Assembly: GCA_964016885.1 (NCBI GenBank)
Contig: OZ024754.1
Span: 4,278,001-4,342,000, forward strand
Length of the DNA: 64,000 nucleotides
Reading direction: 5' to 3'
Source of the DNA: Eledone cirrhosa
Taxonomy: Eukaryota
Positions 26,431 through 40,364 of the stretch are shown in pieces. The stretch's first letter is position 1. Each line of letters starts with the position of its first letter. Under the pieces are notes generated by a model. That model saw only the letters and a program-made list of their open reading frames with translations. It had not been told where the DNA came from and searched no databases. Position numbers and translations under genes: made by a program.

Positions 26431-27587
26431 AGGGCCTAAGACATTGGGGGCAATATGAGGACGATAACAACACATTTACCTAGCGTAAAAAGGGTCAAAA
26501 TAAAAAATAAATATATTTCTAACAACAATAACAACAGCAACGTAATGACGATGATTTCTTAATATATGATAAAGAAATTATTATTATTTTATTGTTGATA
26601 TTATTGTTATTAGTGTTATTGTCATTAGTGAAGATGTGTAGCTGTCACCATATTTTTTTTCTCTATTTCCATAGGGGGTCAACTGTATCCAAGGACATTA
26701 TAGATGTAGGGCAGTGATGAAGGAACTCACAGATATTTATATTCCCCCCGCTTACCAGCTGCTCATGTGACATAGTTTGTTTTTTTATTGCCATCATCTT
26801 CATCATCATCACCGCCACCACCTCCATGATCATCTCCATCACGAAAATTATTATCACCATTATTATTATTATCATCGTTATTGTTGGGAACATTATTATT
26901 ATTATTACCGTTGTTATTTTTTTCATTGCATATTTAGTGTCGAGGGTATATAGTTCGCTTATATATACAATTTTTTGGTCATTATTCTATATTTGTGTTT
27001 CGTCTAATATAACATATATGTTTATTTCTTGTTTGTGTTTTTTTCCCGAATATTTCTAATTTTTTTATCTCCTCCATCTAATTTATTATTTTTTTCTATC
27101 GCTTCCGATTAATCTTTTCAAAATTTTATTTTTGCATTTGATTTTAACTACATTTGAATGAGATTTCCACAATTGTATATTTTTTTATTTTTTTATTTCT
27201 GCATTAAATATTTTAACACGCAGCAACGATTTAACAGAAATTCTTTAAGAATGTTTATAAAAACCTTACTAATGGTCAGATTGTTGTGAAAATTTGCAGT
27301 ATTTGAGTACAGACTTTACTGTTTAATACAATAGACTCATAATTTTGCTATGTACTTTTTCAAAATGCTTTGCAAAAGCGGCATTATGCCGTACAGGATG
27401 TTAATATTTAAACTTTAGTTAAAATGATATATTTTTCCCTCGCTCTAAAATACAAAAGCAAAAATAACAAAAACACTCCAACATTGACCATCTCCTATAT
27501 TCCCATCAATATCGTCAAAATCACTTTCCCCTTCTTCCAAAATGTTGGCCTTGTGCCTAAATCAGAAATCATTATTATTATTATTCG

Positions 27588-27715
27588 CTGAGTTCAAATC
27601 ACGCCGAGGTTAACTTTGACTTTCATCCTTACGGGGTCGATAAAATAAAGTACCAGTAATACACTGGATAATTGCTGGCCTTGTGCCAAAAGTAGAAACA
27701 ATTATTATTATTATT
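27588..27715 (+). mobile_element. Main SINE, short variant, inserted in the (ATT)n tail of an older SINE (about 27480-27585)
   Basis: ctgagttcaaatcacgccgagg ... tagaaacaattattatt. Confidence 0.88.
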
Positions 27716-27793
27716 ACTGTTATTATTAGCTTAAGCAACATAGCGCACTATTTATTCCTACCGCTTTGAAAATGAGATCTATTGAAAAATAAT

Positions 27794-27970
27794 TATTTCT
27801 ACTTTTGGCACAAGGCCAGCAATTAAATCAGCGCATTACTGGTACTTTATTTTATCGACCCTGTAAGGATGAAAGGCAAAGTTAACCTCGGCGTGATTTG
27901 AACTCAGAATGGCAAGGGCCGTAACTTTATGCGTCAAAGCATGGCGTCCGATACTGCCAATCCACCGCCG
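27794..27970 (-). mobile_element. Main SINE, short variant, with a 16-bp TSD
   Basis: TSD tctattgaaaaataat(27778-27793)/tctattgaaaactaat(27971-27986). Confidence 0.9.
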
Positions 27971-27992
27971 TCTATTGAAAACTAATATATAT

Positions 27993-28038
<46 letters not shown>

Positions 28039-28109
28039 TTCAGGCGCCAACCTAACATATTCCTTCCATATACTGTACCGATTGTGTTGTTATTTCTGTT
28101 TACCTTTTG

Positions 28110-28185
<76 letters not shown>

Positions 28186-28802
28186 AATCCTCATGTCTCT
28201 TGATATGCAATGATATACATATTTGTATTATTTGTATTGTTGTTATTGGTGTTGCTGGTGTTGTTTTCAAGCCCATTATCTGTTATAGATCTAGCAAGCC
28301 CATAATGTCACCACAATGATCCAGCACATACATTATCAGTCTCCAGAGTCTCTTGCCCTATGTATCAAGAGTTCCATCCAATTTCAGGCTTTGTGATCGA
28401 GCCTGAACAAATAATAATAATATTTATGATGATGATGACAATAATAATGATCATAATAATAATAAAATAAATATAAATAAAGGACACTTAAGTATGTTTG
28501 ACGAAGGCATTCTGTCCGGATAAGACAATATGTATTTTATATTGTTGCCATTAATCTTTAGTCAGCCATTGTGATTTGAATCGTGGCAAAAACATTCATC
28601 TTTACTAAAGCGACGAGTCTTTTATAGTTATGTTGTTGTTTTTTTTCAAAGATGGAGGCGCATTAAACAGTTTTGCTTGTATTTTTTTAAAAATCTACAT
28701 TGTTGTACGTAAGCGTACGTAAAATGTTTGCCCACACAAATACATGTATATGTATGTACGTATATCTAAGCTCCCCTCTCTCTCTATATATATATATATA
28801 TA

Positions 28803-28882
28803 TGAAGATTCAGGACCCCAACTATAGTACCCCTGTTCGAGCGGCGGGAATCTAGCTGAACTTATCAAGGGGTATAATCCAT
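28803..28882 (-). mobile_element. TA-embedded hairpin fragment, possibly related to family C
   Basis: Minus: tacccc ttgataa gttcagc...gctcgaac aggggta ... ggggtcctga; shares ggggtcctga with 20327-20336. Confidence 0.4.
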
Positions 28883-28939
28883 ATATATATACACACACAA
28901 ACAGACATGTATATATGTATATATACATACATTCACACT

Positions 28940-28984
<45 letters not shown>

Positions 28985-28987
<3 letters not shown>

Positions 28988-29200
28988 AATATAAATTAGC
29001 GAGAATCGTATTTCGGTTTAGGAATTAACGAAAAACAACTTTCGAGATGTGTGGCAAGCGCTCAATGATTCAGATGAACCAGAACTACAACATACGTTAA
29101 AGGCCAAACACACTGAGACGATGGTTAAACAATCATCCGTACAGCCACAAAAACTACCAAGTAATTCGGGTCAAACAAATAAAAATATATGTGATTGAAA
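28985..29200 (+). mobile_element. Unclassified TA-flanked repeat (same family as 3480-3986 and 20157-20222)
   Basis: caaatataaattagcgagaatcg is the exact reverse complement of part of 20195-20218. Confidence 0.65.
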
Positions 29201-29659
29201 AAAAAATATATATATATATAAATGAAAGGTATAGAAAGTATTGTAGCAAGAAGCCAACAGTATTCCATTATATATATATATATATAGATATTTCTCTTTT
29301 GCTGTGAATACATATCCGGTACGTGTATGTGTGAGTTGTATACATGATGTTGCTTATTTTTAGCAAGTATAGACAAAGGAGTGTTTGATGTAATATGTAT
29401 ATTTCTCAAAGACGTATTCTTCATTCAATATATGTCAATGATGGAATCATCATTCCACATCCCCTCATGAATGGCGTAGATAACTTTACGAAACAAATTT
29501 TCCTTATTATTACCTCTTCCAGTATCATATCGGAAAAGAACCTGTCTGAATGTTGATATTATTTCGAAACGGATCAAAGATTTGATAATATAACTAACTT
29601 TCTCTTTATTAATCAATAATTTGAGGGTATGTAGTTATATAATTGTTTTCATTATTGGT

Positions 29660-29838
29660 ATTGGCAGTATAGGTAGAGGGTCGGATGTCATGCTTTGCAG
29701 CACAGAGTTACGGCCCTTTACGGTCTGAGTTAAAATCCTGCCGGGGGTAACTTTGCCTTTCATCCTTATGGGTTCGATAAAATAAAGTTCCAGAAATGCA
29801 CTGGGATAATTGCTGGCCTTGTGCCAATAGTAGAAACA
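29660..29838 (+). mobile_element. Main SINE, short variant, with a 9-bp TSD
   Basis: TSD attattggt at 29651-29659 and 29839-29847. Confidence 0.9.
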
Positions 29839-29868
29839 ATTATTGGTCTTTGGAACAGAATGATGACT

Positions 29869-30051
29869 TGGATTGGCAGTATCGGTAGAGGGTCCGGCGC
29901 CATGCTCTCCAGCATAGTTACGTCCCTTTACGATCTGAGTTCAAATCCCGCCGAGGTTGACTTTGCCTTTCATCCTTACGGGGGTCGATAAAATAAAGTA
30001 CCAGTAATGCACTGGGTAATTTCTGGCCTTCTGCCTAAAGTAGAAACAATT
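29869..30051 (+). mobile_element. Main SINE, short variant
   Basis: Consensus match, about 30 bp downstream of the previous copy. Confidence 0.9.
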
Positions 30052-30850
30052 AAGATGGTAGGCTTTTTTTAATTAATATGAATCTATGATGTTTTCAACA
30101 TTACTTATGACTAAATAAAAATAAAACAGTTACACACTTAGGCCTGTTGAGATTCTGGGTTTGGAATATTCCTTGAGACTATCGGGTAGATGAGAGGAAT
30201 GGATTACAAATCTCTCACTCTTAAGAATTCATGCTCATATCCTCAAGAGATTATATTCCACTGAAAACAGCTCTGGGTTAGTTGGTGCAGTTAAAACAAA
30301 CTACGGATTAATACTACGCCGGAGAATACTAACAGTCATAAACTACGTTTCAAAATAACATTCTACAAAATGTTACTCATATTGCAATGGTCAACAAGAA
30401 ACGCTGCTAGATAACAATTCTCTCAATGAGTCACACAGTAAATTGGACTCCTTTTACACGTAGTTGCAAGACGAATTATTTTTTAACCCCATAGTTATAT
30501 ATGTACATATTGTAGTAATCTATATCAGGCTGGAATTGTAATGGATTTGCAAAAATATAAAGCAACGTATCTAAATCTAATTTGAGAACACACCATTTCA
30601 CAGACAACAGAAAAAATTAACATTTACAGATAAAACTATATATATCCACGTTGAAATAATAAGAGATGGCATCGTTAAAATATTCTAAAATAAATTATCC
30701 GATTATGTCTATGCATGCATGTGTATATATATATATATATATATGAGAATATTTCCCTATGCAGTTATATATATGTGTCTCCGAATCTCTCTCTCTAAAT
30801 AACACTATGTACTAGACACCTGCGTTTATTGTTTATTTGTCCTTTTGAAG

Positions 30851-30889
<39 letters not shown>

Positions 30890-31253
30890 GGGGGAGAGAG
30901 ATGTATGCATGTGTGTTTATGTATGTTTTGTAATGATAAGGTAGCCGTTCAAACAACGACAAAATCCTTATTTCTGATATAACAGTTCAGTTTACCTAGT
31001 TTAAATTTATATTATATATTTATATAATCATCACGTCAGAACAATAAACAACGTTCAAATATGCATACGGCTTCGAAATATGTTCAACGTGAAATGAATT
31101 TATTCCAAAAATATTATTAAAATGGTCAAATTATAGCAATCCACAATTTTCTATTTACTGGGTTGTCAGTGAAGATTACAACTGACGGATATATATGTAT
31201 ATATATACACACATACATATATATACGTATATATTTATATGTATATATATACG

Positions 31254-31295
<42 letters not shown>

Positions 31296-31836
31296 CGTGT
31301 GTGCGTGTGTGTGTGTGTGTATACGCAATAAACATATAACTAAAATCTGGTAATGAAGGTTAGAGTACAAAGTGAAGTGAAATATATTTGAAAATTATGA
31401 TTAATATGCACAAATTATAGCAATTCAAACTTTATTGTTTACAGGGTTGAGAGTGAAGTTCAAGATTGATATAAGTATATATATATATTATATATATATT
31501 ATATAATAAATATATGAGTAAAATTTGGTAATGAGGGAAGGAGTACATTGTGACGTTTCGGATTTGGAAAACACAATTATTCAGTTTTTTAAATTATTTC
31601 GAATTTTACCGATATACGTAACCTATATATTATACGTGACAGAAAATAACAAGATATTTACACACACGTGCTCTAGCTTACATGCACAAAGATACGCAGA
31701 CACCCACACATGCGTATATATATATAAAATTGTGCAATCAACTCATTCGTTGTTTCGTTCCAGTTAAAAATGATACGACAGTCTATACATATATATATAT
31801 ATATATATATATAGGCTGTCATATCATTTTTAACTA

Positions 31837-31928
<92 letters not shown>

Positions 31929-32187
31929 GTAGAAAGATAAGATAGAGAGAGAGAGAATGTATATTTGTATACATACATTTGTGCATATATATATATAAAT
32001 ATATATATGTTTTTCAAAAGTGTGTTCGTGAATATGTGTTTGATTAGTTATTCCGTAAGGATATATAAATATATGTATAGCGCATATTTGAGATATATAC
32101 TACAATTTCATATATTCTCATATATATGAGCGTGTGTGTATATAGATACTTATTTATACATACATATAAGTATCTATATACACACAC

Positions 32188-32241
32188 GCTTGTTTTTATC
32201 TCTTCAGGAAGTTGAAGTTTGTTTTGTATATATTTGCTCCT

Positions 32242-32279
<38 letters not shown>

Positions 32280-32384
32280 TTATTTATACATACATATATA
32301 CATATAAATATATATATATATATATGTAGTGAGGAGTAAATATATACAAAACAACTTCAACTTCCTGAAGAGATAAAAACAAGC
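32188..32384. repeat. Inverted repeat (about 62 bp) around (TA)n with an outward CUGAAGA motif
   Basis: gcttgtttttatctcttcaggaagttgaag...tcactacat / atgtagtgagga...cttcaacttcctgaagagataaaaacaagc. Confidence 0.88.
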
Positions 32385-32596
32385 ACACAAAATATATATC
32401 TTATGCATTTTAAACAATATGAAAGCAACGATTTGTGCCTTATTATCCTAAAATGCTAACATATAATTATATGCATAGAAGGACTCCATATGAAAATATG
32501 TTGGTTATAAATATATATATATATATATATATATGCGTACATATACATATATATATATATATATTTATTTACATATACATACACACATACACATAT

Positions 32597-32627
<31 letters not shown>

Positions 32628-33314
32628 ATACTTATATACATATATATATTTATTTATCTACATATATATACATATATATATAGATTTATTTATTTACATA
32701 TATATATAGATATATAGATTTATTTATTTACATATATATAGAGATATTTATTTACATATATATATATACACATATATATATACACATATATATATATATA
32801 CGTACATATGTATCTATATAATTTCAATGTTCATGGTATATCTTAAAGACATTCAGTTCTAATTGTATATAAAGTTACATTAAAATGAAAATATGGAAGA
32901 TATGTTTTTTATAGAAAAAGTATTATATTTGTTGATATAGTTCACGTGATATACTGGAATCATACATCATAGATCTCAAAAATATTGTAATATAGGTCAT
33001 GTGATCCTGTCGTATGCTGCCGAACATTCAAAGATTTATCCAAAAATATACATGCGCATATATATATATATATATATCTTCCTCACTTTCTGTTGCTTCA
33101 CCATTTTGTTTGTTTACCCTCGTGTCCCCTTTATTTACGTGTCCCAACGACTTTTTTTAGCCGTTGCTTGCACGAACCGGAGGTATATGGTCTTTAAAGC
33201 GATGAAATGCCTATGATAGTTGGAAGATCACTGATGAAGGACAAACTTTTTTCATATGTAACCCATTTGCAACTCCGCAGCGCCCTTATTATCATATATA
33301 TATATATATATATA

Positions 33315-33570
33315 TATACAAGACCGTTATTCCTCGATAACTACCCTGAATATATATATATTAGGGCGGCCCTTATTTTTTTAACTTTTTAACAGTTTAG
33401 CTCCCAACCCCCAATCTTGTTCCAATTAACGAAAAGCCATTCTATACAAGACCGTTATTCCTCGATAACTACCCTGAATATATATATTAGGGTGGCCCTT
33501 ATTTTTTTAACTTTTTACAGTGTAGATCCCAACCCCCAATCTTGTTCCAATTAACGAAAAGCCACTCTAT
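33315..33570. repeat. Tandem duplication (about 128 bp)
   Basis: tatacaagaccgttattcctcg...gaaaagcca.tc occurs twice (33315-33442, 33443-33570). Confidence 0.92.
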
Positions 33571-33982
33571 GCAAAACTTTGGCTCAAGCAGACAACTGCA
33601 ATGGGACCCTAATCGACCATGAAATTTTGATTAAGAAAACCTAATATTTCTTTAGTTTTTTCCTGTTATTTCAAGAAATTTTAGAAATTAACTATTGGTA
33701 AATTTGCTGGGGTTGCCTGGAAGTGTCCACATAAATTTCTCTAAGAAAAAAAAAAAGAAAATTGTCCAGATAGGGAACAGTATACCGCTTTTGATCAAAT
33801 TAATCGTTGCGTATACTATGTTCCAACTTTAAGGCGTTTGAGGGTCGCTTACAATTGTCCGATTGAGCTGAAATTTTGCACATCTCGTTTTTTTTTCGTT
33901 GATTGAAAGAGGATTAGGGGGTGGGAGCAGCAAAACTTTAACTTCCGGGAAATTACCTATTGCTAAGGGCCACCCTAATATA
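33483..33982. mobile_element. Non-autonomous TIR DNA transposon (about 500 bp)
   Basis: Perfect 19-bp inverted match tatattagggtggccctta (33483-33501) / taagggccaccctaatata (33964-33982), including flanking TA. Superfamily not assigned. Confidence 0.75.
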
Positions 33983-34030
33983 CACTTATACTATACATAT
34001 ATGAAAGAAATGCAAGCTATCATAGAATGT

Positions 34031-34069
<39 letters not shown>

Positions 34070-34113
34070 CCTCTTTTTCTCCCTTCGTAGCATAAGATAC
34101 CACCGATTACGTT

Positions 34114-34260
34114 ATGAGTTCAAATCCCGCCGAGGTTAACTTTGCCTTTCATCATTACGGGGTCGATAAAATAAAGTACCAGTGACGCACTGGGGTCGAT
34201 TTAATCGACTTTCCCCCTCCCCTTCAAATTGCTGGTCTTGTGCCCAAAATAGAAACAATT
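34114..34260 (+). mobile_element. Main SINE, long variant, 5'-truncated
   Basis: tgagttcaaatcccgccgagg...gcactggggtcgatttaatcgactttccccctcc...tagaaacaatt. Confidence 0.9.
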
Positions 34261-36409
34261 AGTATTGTTGCTGCTGTTGTTGTTGTTATAAACAGGACAA
34301 TGTAAATGACCGTCCAAATGTCACTATAAATACACCACAGAACTACTGCGACTTCTAAGCATGTTTGTCCAAGACGAAATCATCTATATGATTTTTTTAT
34401 AATTATCTTTTTCAGAAGCCATAAAAAGAAGTTCCAAAATAATCTAGTTTTTCCTACATCAAAAGACATTGCCATAAATATTGTTAATACAATCCGGGGG
34501 GATAAAAGAACGAACTGAAAGAGAAACGTTGTCGTTCAGCTAAACATGTAAATAAAATAATAGACCGCCATTGGTAAGACAAAGTAGTCTCTAGAGATTG
34601 GTGAAGATAATTTGGCCAACGCTGATATTCAAGTACACACAAGAAAACAAACAAATAAACCTATCAGTTGGGAGGCACTCAAACTGCACTTATTAAACTC
34701 TTAGCAAACAGCCAGATAATAAAGAGACTGCAGCAAACAGTAAGAAGAGAAGTGAAGGGTGCTTTATGCCAGAATCAGTACTAAAGTAGGAATGGTTTCT
34801 ATTTTTTTGCAATAGACCAGTTATGTTGAAGGCAGAAGGGTTAATTGCTACATCAACCTCAGTATTTGACTGCTATGGTATTTTATCGAACCCAGAAGGA
34901 TGTAAGGCAAAGATGTCCTCAGTCTGATTTGAAATCAGACTGTAAAGACCCGGAACAAAAGCTTTTTTTCCCGACGCCCTAACGATTCTGCTGATACAGA
35001 AATGTGCTTGTTGTGTGCCTACATTAGTTCAATTATTTATGTTATTAATTTATAAACAAAAGTAGGGAGGTAGAAAAAATATATTGCGATATTTAGTTTG
35101 GTCCCTTTATATTGTATTTTCAAATTCGGCTCGGAAGTTTTTAAATCAGGAAATCAAGGGTCATAATTAGTATAAGGCATTTTCTGGTACCATATGGATT
35201 TTACTACCCACTCATGTTTTTATCCTTAAGGTTTCTACATCAATTACACATCCAGACAGTTTTAGGAAAACATTTTATCCGATGATCGACATATTTTGTC
35301 ACCAAACTGCATCTAAGAGACCCTACACCCGATGTAACTGTAGGGGCAGTATCCTGATATCAGTTATATCTTGGGCGTTTTAAACCTAGCGGGCCTTATT
35401 ACTCTCTGTGTTAAATCGAGAATGATACTTCCAGAGAAAGGGAAAAAGGGGGAAAGGGTGATGAAAGGTAAATTTGACTTCGATGGAATTTGAAATGAGA
35501 GCGCAGACAGCCGAAGCAAATAACGAGACATTTAGAATCGGACACCCTAACAACTCTGGCAATTCGCCCTTTAAAAAACAATAATAATGTATTTCCTGAT
35601 GTTTGGATTTCAAAATCGATTTTGGAGACAAACGAAAAAAAAAAAAATAATAAATAATAAAAAAGGGGGAAGGATTATAACATAAATCGAATAAAGTGTC
35701 TGAAAAAGAAATGAAATATGTAAATGTGGAGGCGATGAAGAAGAAGAAAAAGAAGAAGGAAGAAGAAAAAGAAGAAAGAAGAAGAAAAGGAGAAGAAAGA
35801 AGAAGAAAGAAGAAGAAGAGAAGAAAGAAGAAGAAAGGAGAAAAATAAGAAAATAAGAACATGAAGAACAACAACATAAACAATAACAACAGCAACAAAT
35901 CAAGACGAAGAGGAAGAAGACATCAAGAAGAAAACGAGTGTGTGAGATTGAGGTGGAGGGAGAAGAGAACATGTGAACGTACAACAACAATAATAATAAC
36001 ATCAACAAGAACGACAACCATGACATAACTACTACATGACAGCTTGAGTTATCTAACATGATTTATCCCAATTAAAACGCCGTATTTCTAATTATATTGA
36101 CTCATTTAATGTTCTATTAGTTGCTCTTCTTTCAATGAAGGTATTTTCTGTGTGTTTTCCCATATTTTTGGTAGGGTTCTTCACTGTTTGTTTTAATAGT
36201 TCGAGCACAAGCGCTCCTCTTCCTCGTCTCATCTTCGCACGTTTCCAAGCAGTTTAAAAGATGGACGTCTGGCCTTTTTAACGCTCGTACGATTCCATAT
36301 CATTCCTCTCACTCTCTTCTTCCTGTTTCTTCATCTTCTGGTTTTTTATATATGCGCGCGTACACACATACACAGTTTTTTTTCTCATTCTCTGCTTTAG
36401 TCACTGTTG

Positions 36410-36456
<47 letters not shown>

Positions 36457-36587
36457 GTGTGTGTGTGTACGTGTGTGTGCGTTTATGTATCATTTGATGA
36501 ATACATCATTCAATATCCGGCTATAGCGCTCTGTGTCTCTCTCTCTCACACACACACAGAATATTATATATAAATATATACAGAGCT

Positions 36588-36696
<109 letters not shown>

Positions 36697-36983
36697 AAGA
36701 TATATACAGGTTGTCCTAATGTATTTACACTTTGAACACCTGTACAGACCATATTTCTAAGAATGCTGTTAAAATATGTATATATATATATATATATACT
36801 ATATATATATATACAATTTTTTTATATACTATATATATATGTGTGTGTGTGTGTGTGTATGTACGTATCTGTATATTGAAAGCGTGTTGGACAACACACG
36901 TGGGTAAAACGGTCAAGCATTAACAGTATGTGTAATCAATAGCTGAGCAGAGTATAAGTTTAAATTTCAGAACTAACATTTGC

Positions 36984-37020
36984 TAGTGACCTTTTTTGGC
37001 AGTGCTACCTCTTCAGACTA
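36984..37020 (-). ncRNA. Degenerate minimal hammerhead motif (family E)
   Basis: Minus: UAGU CUGAAGA GGUA-GCAC-UGCC AAAAAAG GUC^ ACUA. Helices I and II are intact; the GAAAC segment has decayed. Confidence 0.45.
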
Positions 37021-37206
37021 TATACAGTATATACATAACTCCCTCTTGCACCAGTGGCCAACCAATACAGGCTGGAGATAAAATGTGTAGCAACAAGGTA
37101 GGTGCCCCGGCATGGCCTCAGCCGGATGGCTGGAACAGGTAAAAGAGTAAAAGAGTATAGATATAAATGGAAAAAAATGAAATTTCATTTCTCACTCTTA
37201 GTACGG

Positions 37207-37284
<78 letters not shown>

Positions 37285-37290
<6 letters not shown>

Positions 37291-37515
37291 TATTAGAAAT
37301 GTAAGCTATCGCCGTATTTTTTGACTAAAGAAATTAAAGAAATTATTTAGCCTGATAGTGGGGTTAAGGACCCTCGGAGAAATGGAAAAAAATGAGTATT
37401 GACGTACAATCTTTTTCTATTTATCTGAGGGTTCTAAACCCCACTATCAGGCTAAATAATTTCTTTAATTTCTTTAGTCAAAATACGGCGATAGCTTACA
37501 TTTCTAATAATTTCA
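37285..37515. repeat. Fold-back element of about 230 bp (arms about 105 bp) between TA tracts
   Basis: tgaaattattagaaatgtaagctatcgccgtattt... / ...aaatacggcgatagcttacatttctaataatttca. Confidence 0.9.
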
Positions 37516-37542
37516 AACCAACTCGCTGTTTCGAAAATATTC

Positions 37543-37586
<44 letters not shown>

Positions 37587-37642
37587 TAATGTGTGTGTTT
37601 GTGTGTGTGTATAAGTATATATATATATTATGTGTGTGTGTG

Positions 37643-37692
<50 letters not shown>

Positions 37693-38224
37693 CGCGTAGC
37701 TATTTCTGGGACTGTTCATCTATGAATATGTCTTCAATTTTTTTCTCTGTCTCTATCTGCATATCTTTCTCACCTATTTCTGTTATTTTCTTGTACAGTT
37801 TTCAGTTATCTGTACCTCTCCTCTCCCTCTTTCTCCTCCAACTTATCATCATCATCATCATCATCACCCCCTCTTCTCTATCTACTCCTACATGCTTTTC
37901 TTCTTTCTCAACATCTACCACCTCCTCTTCACCAATCTTTTTTTTTTTCTTTTCATGAAATTTTCTTGCTTTACTTTCTAATTTATATTATTTTAATTCG
38001 TTTCATTTTATTTGTGCTTTTATTTAGCTCCATGTTGCTATTAATTCAATTGACTCGTGAAATTAGATTGGACTAAATTTTTGAATTAACTGATTTTAAT
38101 TTAGGATCAATATGGCGTTTCGACTTTTGATAAGAGAAAGAAAGATGGCGGCAAAAAGGAAGTGAATAAAACTGAAAAAAAGAAATTGATGGCAGAGGAG
38201 AAGGAGGGAGAGAACATGGGAGCT

Positions 38225-38292
38225 AGACAGAAGGAGTGAATTAGGGAGAGAATGAGAGAGAGAGCGTGACAGAAGGAGTGAATCAGGGAGGG

Positions 38293-38346
<54 letters not shown>

Positions 38347-38450
38347 AGGGAGAGTAACAGAAGGAGTGAATCAGGGAGGGAATGAGAGAGAGTGAATCAG
38401 GGAGGGAATGAGAGAGAGTGAATCAGGGAGGGAATGAGAGAGAGTGAGGG
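38225..38450. repeat. Purine-rich minisatellite (gagtgaatcagggagggaatgagaga)n
   Basis: About five or six copies interleaved with (GA)n. Confidence 0.88.
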
Positions 38451-39216
38451 GGACAAAGAGAGAGAAGGAGAGAGGGAGAGAATAATGTAACAAAATCAAA
38501 AACAACAAATACAAAAGCAATTGAATAATAAGATAAAAGGAAATAAAAGCCAAGTGAAGAAAAGAAGGGGGTGAAATAGAATGAGAAGAAAGAAAGGAAG
38601 GGGACAGAATTAAATAGAGAAAGAAAACGAGAGAGGGATTGTGGGAAAAGGAAAGGAATAGAGAAAGGAAAAATAATAGAAAGAAGGTGAGGAAGGAAGC
38701 ATGAAAGAAAGAATGAAAAAGATTGGCTGAATGAATGAATGAATGAATAAAAAAGGAAACTAAGTCGGATAAAATAGAAAAAAAAATGAATGAAAGGAAA
38801 AAGGAAGAGAGAGAGAGAAAGTAAATGGACAGATAGAGATGCGGAAAGGAAAGAAAAGAATAAAAGAAAAGAATACGTGAACATCTTAGTGAATGAATTG
38901 AGAATGAGGAAAATGGGGGGGGGGGGGAGTCTGGAACGAATAAATAAAAGAAAGATAAACACGAAAGAAAAAAAAGAAAGAAAAATAGAAAAAAGAAAAA
39001 TACGTAGAAGTGATATGATTCTAAGATAAAATTTCATACATACAAATTTAAACATACACACATACAGAAACACATATACACATCTCTCTATACACACACA
39101 CGCAAACACACATAAACCCTACCTCCCTCTCTCTTTATATATATATATATATATGTATGTTTATCTACCTCTATCTCTCTCTCTCTCTCTACACACACAC
39201 GCACACACACATATAC

Positions 39217-39250
<34 letters not shown>

Positions 39251-39485
39251 CACACACACATATATAGTATATATGTGTTTATATATATATATATATATAC
39301 ATATAATAGATGCATATATACACGTACAATCAGTCATATGCACAAATATATTCAAATATATTCACACACACATATGTGTGTGTGCGTGTGTGTGTGTGTG
39401 TTTAAACAGGCAAACAAATAAACATATATACACAGACATAAACTAAAATACACCCAATTATGTGTATCCAGGCGTATGTATATGT

Positions 39486-39525
<40 letters not shown>

Positions 39526-39839
39526 TCACACATTTACATGTATATACATACACACATTTACATGTAGTAAATACACGTATACACACAGAAACATAAGGTC
39601 ATAAACACATGTCATAACACACATGCAGTTACATATACAAACACACACACACACGTAAACATATAAACACATATAGACATGTACATACTCTACAAACACA
39701 CATACAAATATAGAGATATATAGGTATACACCCACTTATACACACACACAAATATATACACATCAGATGTTTAAATTAAACATGAATGTGAAGTAAAGAG
39801 CAGGAAATAGATATTTAAAGACGAACAGCCAAAACAAAC

Positions 39840-40260
39840 ACATACACACAGACATTCACACATATACACACACATACACACACTCACACAGACCTTCACA
39901 CACATACACACACAGACCTTCACACACACACATACACACACACACAGACCTTCACACACATACACACACACACACACATACAGACATACACACAGGCACT
40001 CAAACACATACACAAACACACAGATACACACACACAAACAACACACACACACACAGACATACATTTACGCACATACACACAAAGACCTTCACACACATAC
40101 ACACACACACAGACCTTCACACACATACACACACACACACACATACACACATACACACAGGCACTCAAACACATACACAAACACACAGATACACACACAC
40201 AAACAACACACATACACACAGACATTCACACACATACACAAACACGCATATGCACAATAC
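39840..40260. repeat. CA-rich higher-order tandem duplication
   Basis: agaccttcacaca and caggcactcaaacacatacacaaacacacagatac recur. Confidence 0.8.
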
Positions 40261-40364
40261 TATGTTTTTACATACACATATTGTCACACATTCCGAGACA
40301 CGGAAAACACCCAAACACACACACATACACACACACTTGTATACATACACATAGAAACATACAT

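Noticed and set aside
26675-26770. Possible terminal exon (GVNCIQGHYRCRAVMKELTDIYIPPAYQLLM*) after a pyrimidine tract and AG
   Set aside because: Unrecognised peptide, no partner exons, and such acceptor-like sites are common in AT-rich DNA.
33222-33260. CUGAUGA-AGGAC hammerhead candidate
   Set aside because: No helix II complement or GAAA follows. The same applies to CUGAUGA at about 13365.
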